Shown: one piece after another, positions 63,604 through 64,000 of the stretch
Layout: each line of letters opens with the position of its first letter
How positions within the stretch are numbered: the first letter of the stretch is position 1
Source of the DNA: Podarcis liolepis
Lineage: Eukaryota
NCBI GenBank assembly: GCA_965112155.1
Contig: OZ218101.1
Length of the DNA stretch: 64,000 nt
Reading direction: 5' to 3' (one strand)
Notes under the pieces: model-generated
The model's input: the letters and a program-made list of their open reading frames with translations, nothing else
Told to the model about the DNA's origin: nothing
Databases searched by the model: none
Translations under genes and position numbers: made by a program

Positions 63604-64000
63604 GTAATGCACAATAATACATGGATTCAATGTATTAACTTAACCTTGGATTGCTAACCCTGAATAAAACTTACATGGTTACTAACCCATTGTATTGTTT
63701 ACAGCTTGCGTAACTAGATAGATAGATAGATAAATAAATAGATATTCACTTTTATTTTTTTAAAAAAACAACAACACAAAACTGATCTACTGTGGTATAA
63801 TATGGAGATGCAGGGTTTTTAAAATAGCATCTGATTTAATGTGTTTAAACCGTATTTCATTACTTCTAAATTTGTATTTGTGAAAAAGTTACAATTTCAT
63901 GTTTCTCGCCTTGGCTGAAGGAAATTCATCTACTATGGCATCTATGCTCCATAGTCTGCGCAGTCAACCTTCATATTACCTTGCCATTTCTCCTACCACT

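Noticed and set aside
1-64000. Prokaryotic systems (CRISPR arrays, operons, rRNA)
   Set aside because: The sequence is vertebrate. There is no spaced repeat array or gene-dense region, and most short ORFs in the track are chance or repeat-derived.

Overview
Repeat-rich vertebrate DNA. Sauria SINE, Squam3-type CORE-SINE, Bov-B, young L2 and CR1 together indicate a squamate reptile, probably a lacertid lizard (inference). I recognise no host protein-coding exon, so the window looks intergenic or intronic, with several blocks resembling conserved non-coding elements. The main feature is a very young, structurally complete 4,280-bp Ty1/Copia LTR retrotransposon at 1070-5349. It has 551-bp LTRs differing at only one position I can find, an AAGCA target-site duplication, a half-tRNAiMet PBS and a PPT. 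Its single uninterrupted 846-aa ORF encodes Gag, protease and a complete integrase, but no reverse transcriptase. Only a heavily decayed RNase H-like trace seems to remain in the 3' UTR. This suggests a mobile, RT-less Copia lineage that supplies its own particle and integrase and borrows RT in trans. It sits in a nested cluster with an L1 ORF2 fragment, a Gypsy-type LTR and a tiny Bov-B insertion. The rest of the window holds Bov-B, L2, CR1, L1 and RTE/Vingi-like fragments, a Penelope hairpin remnant, several SINE types, hAT and Tc1/mariner MITEs, LTR remnants and microsatellites.
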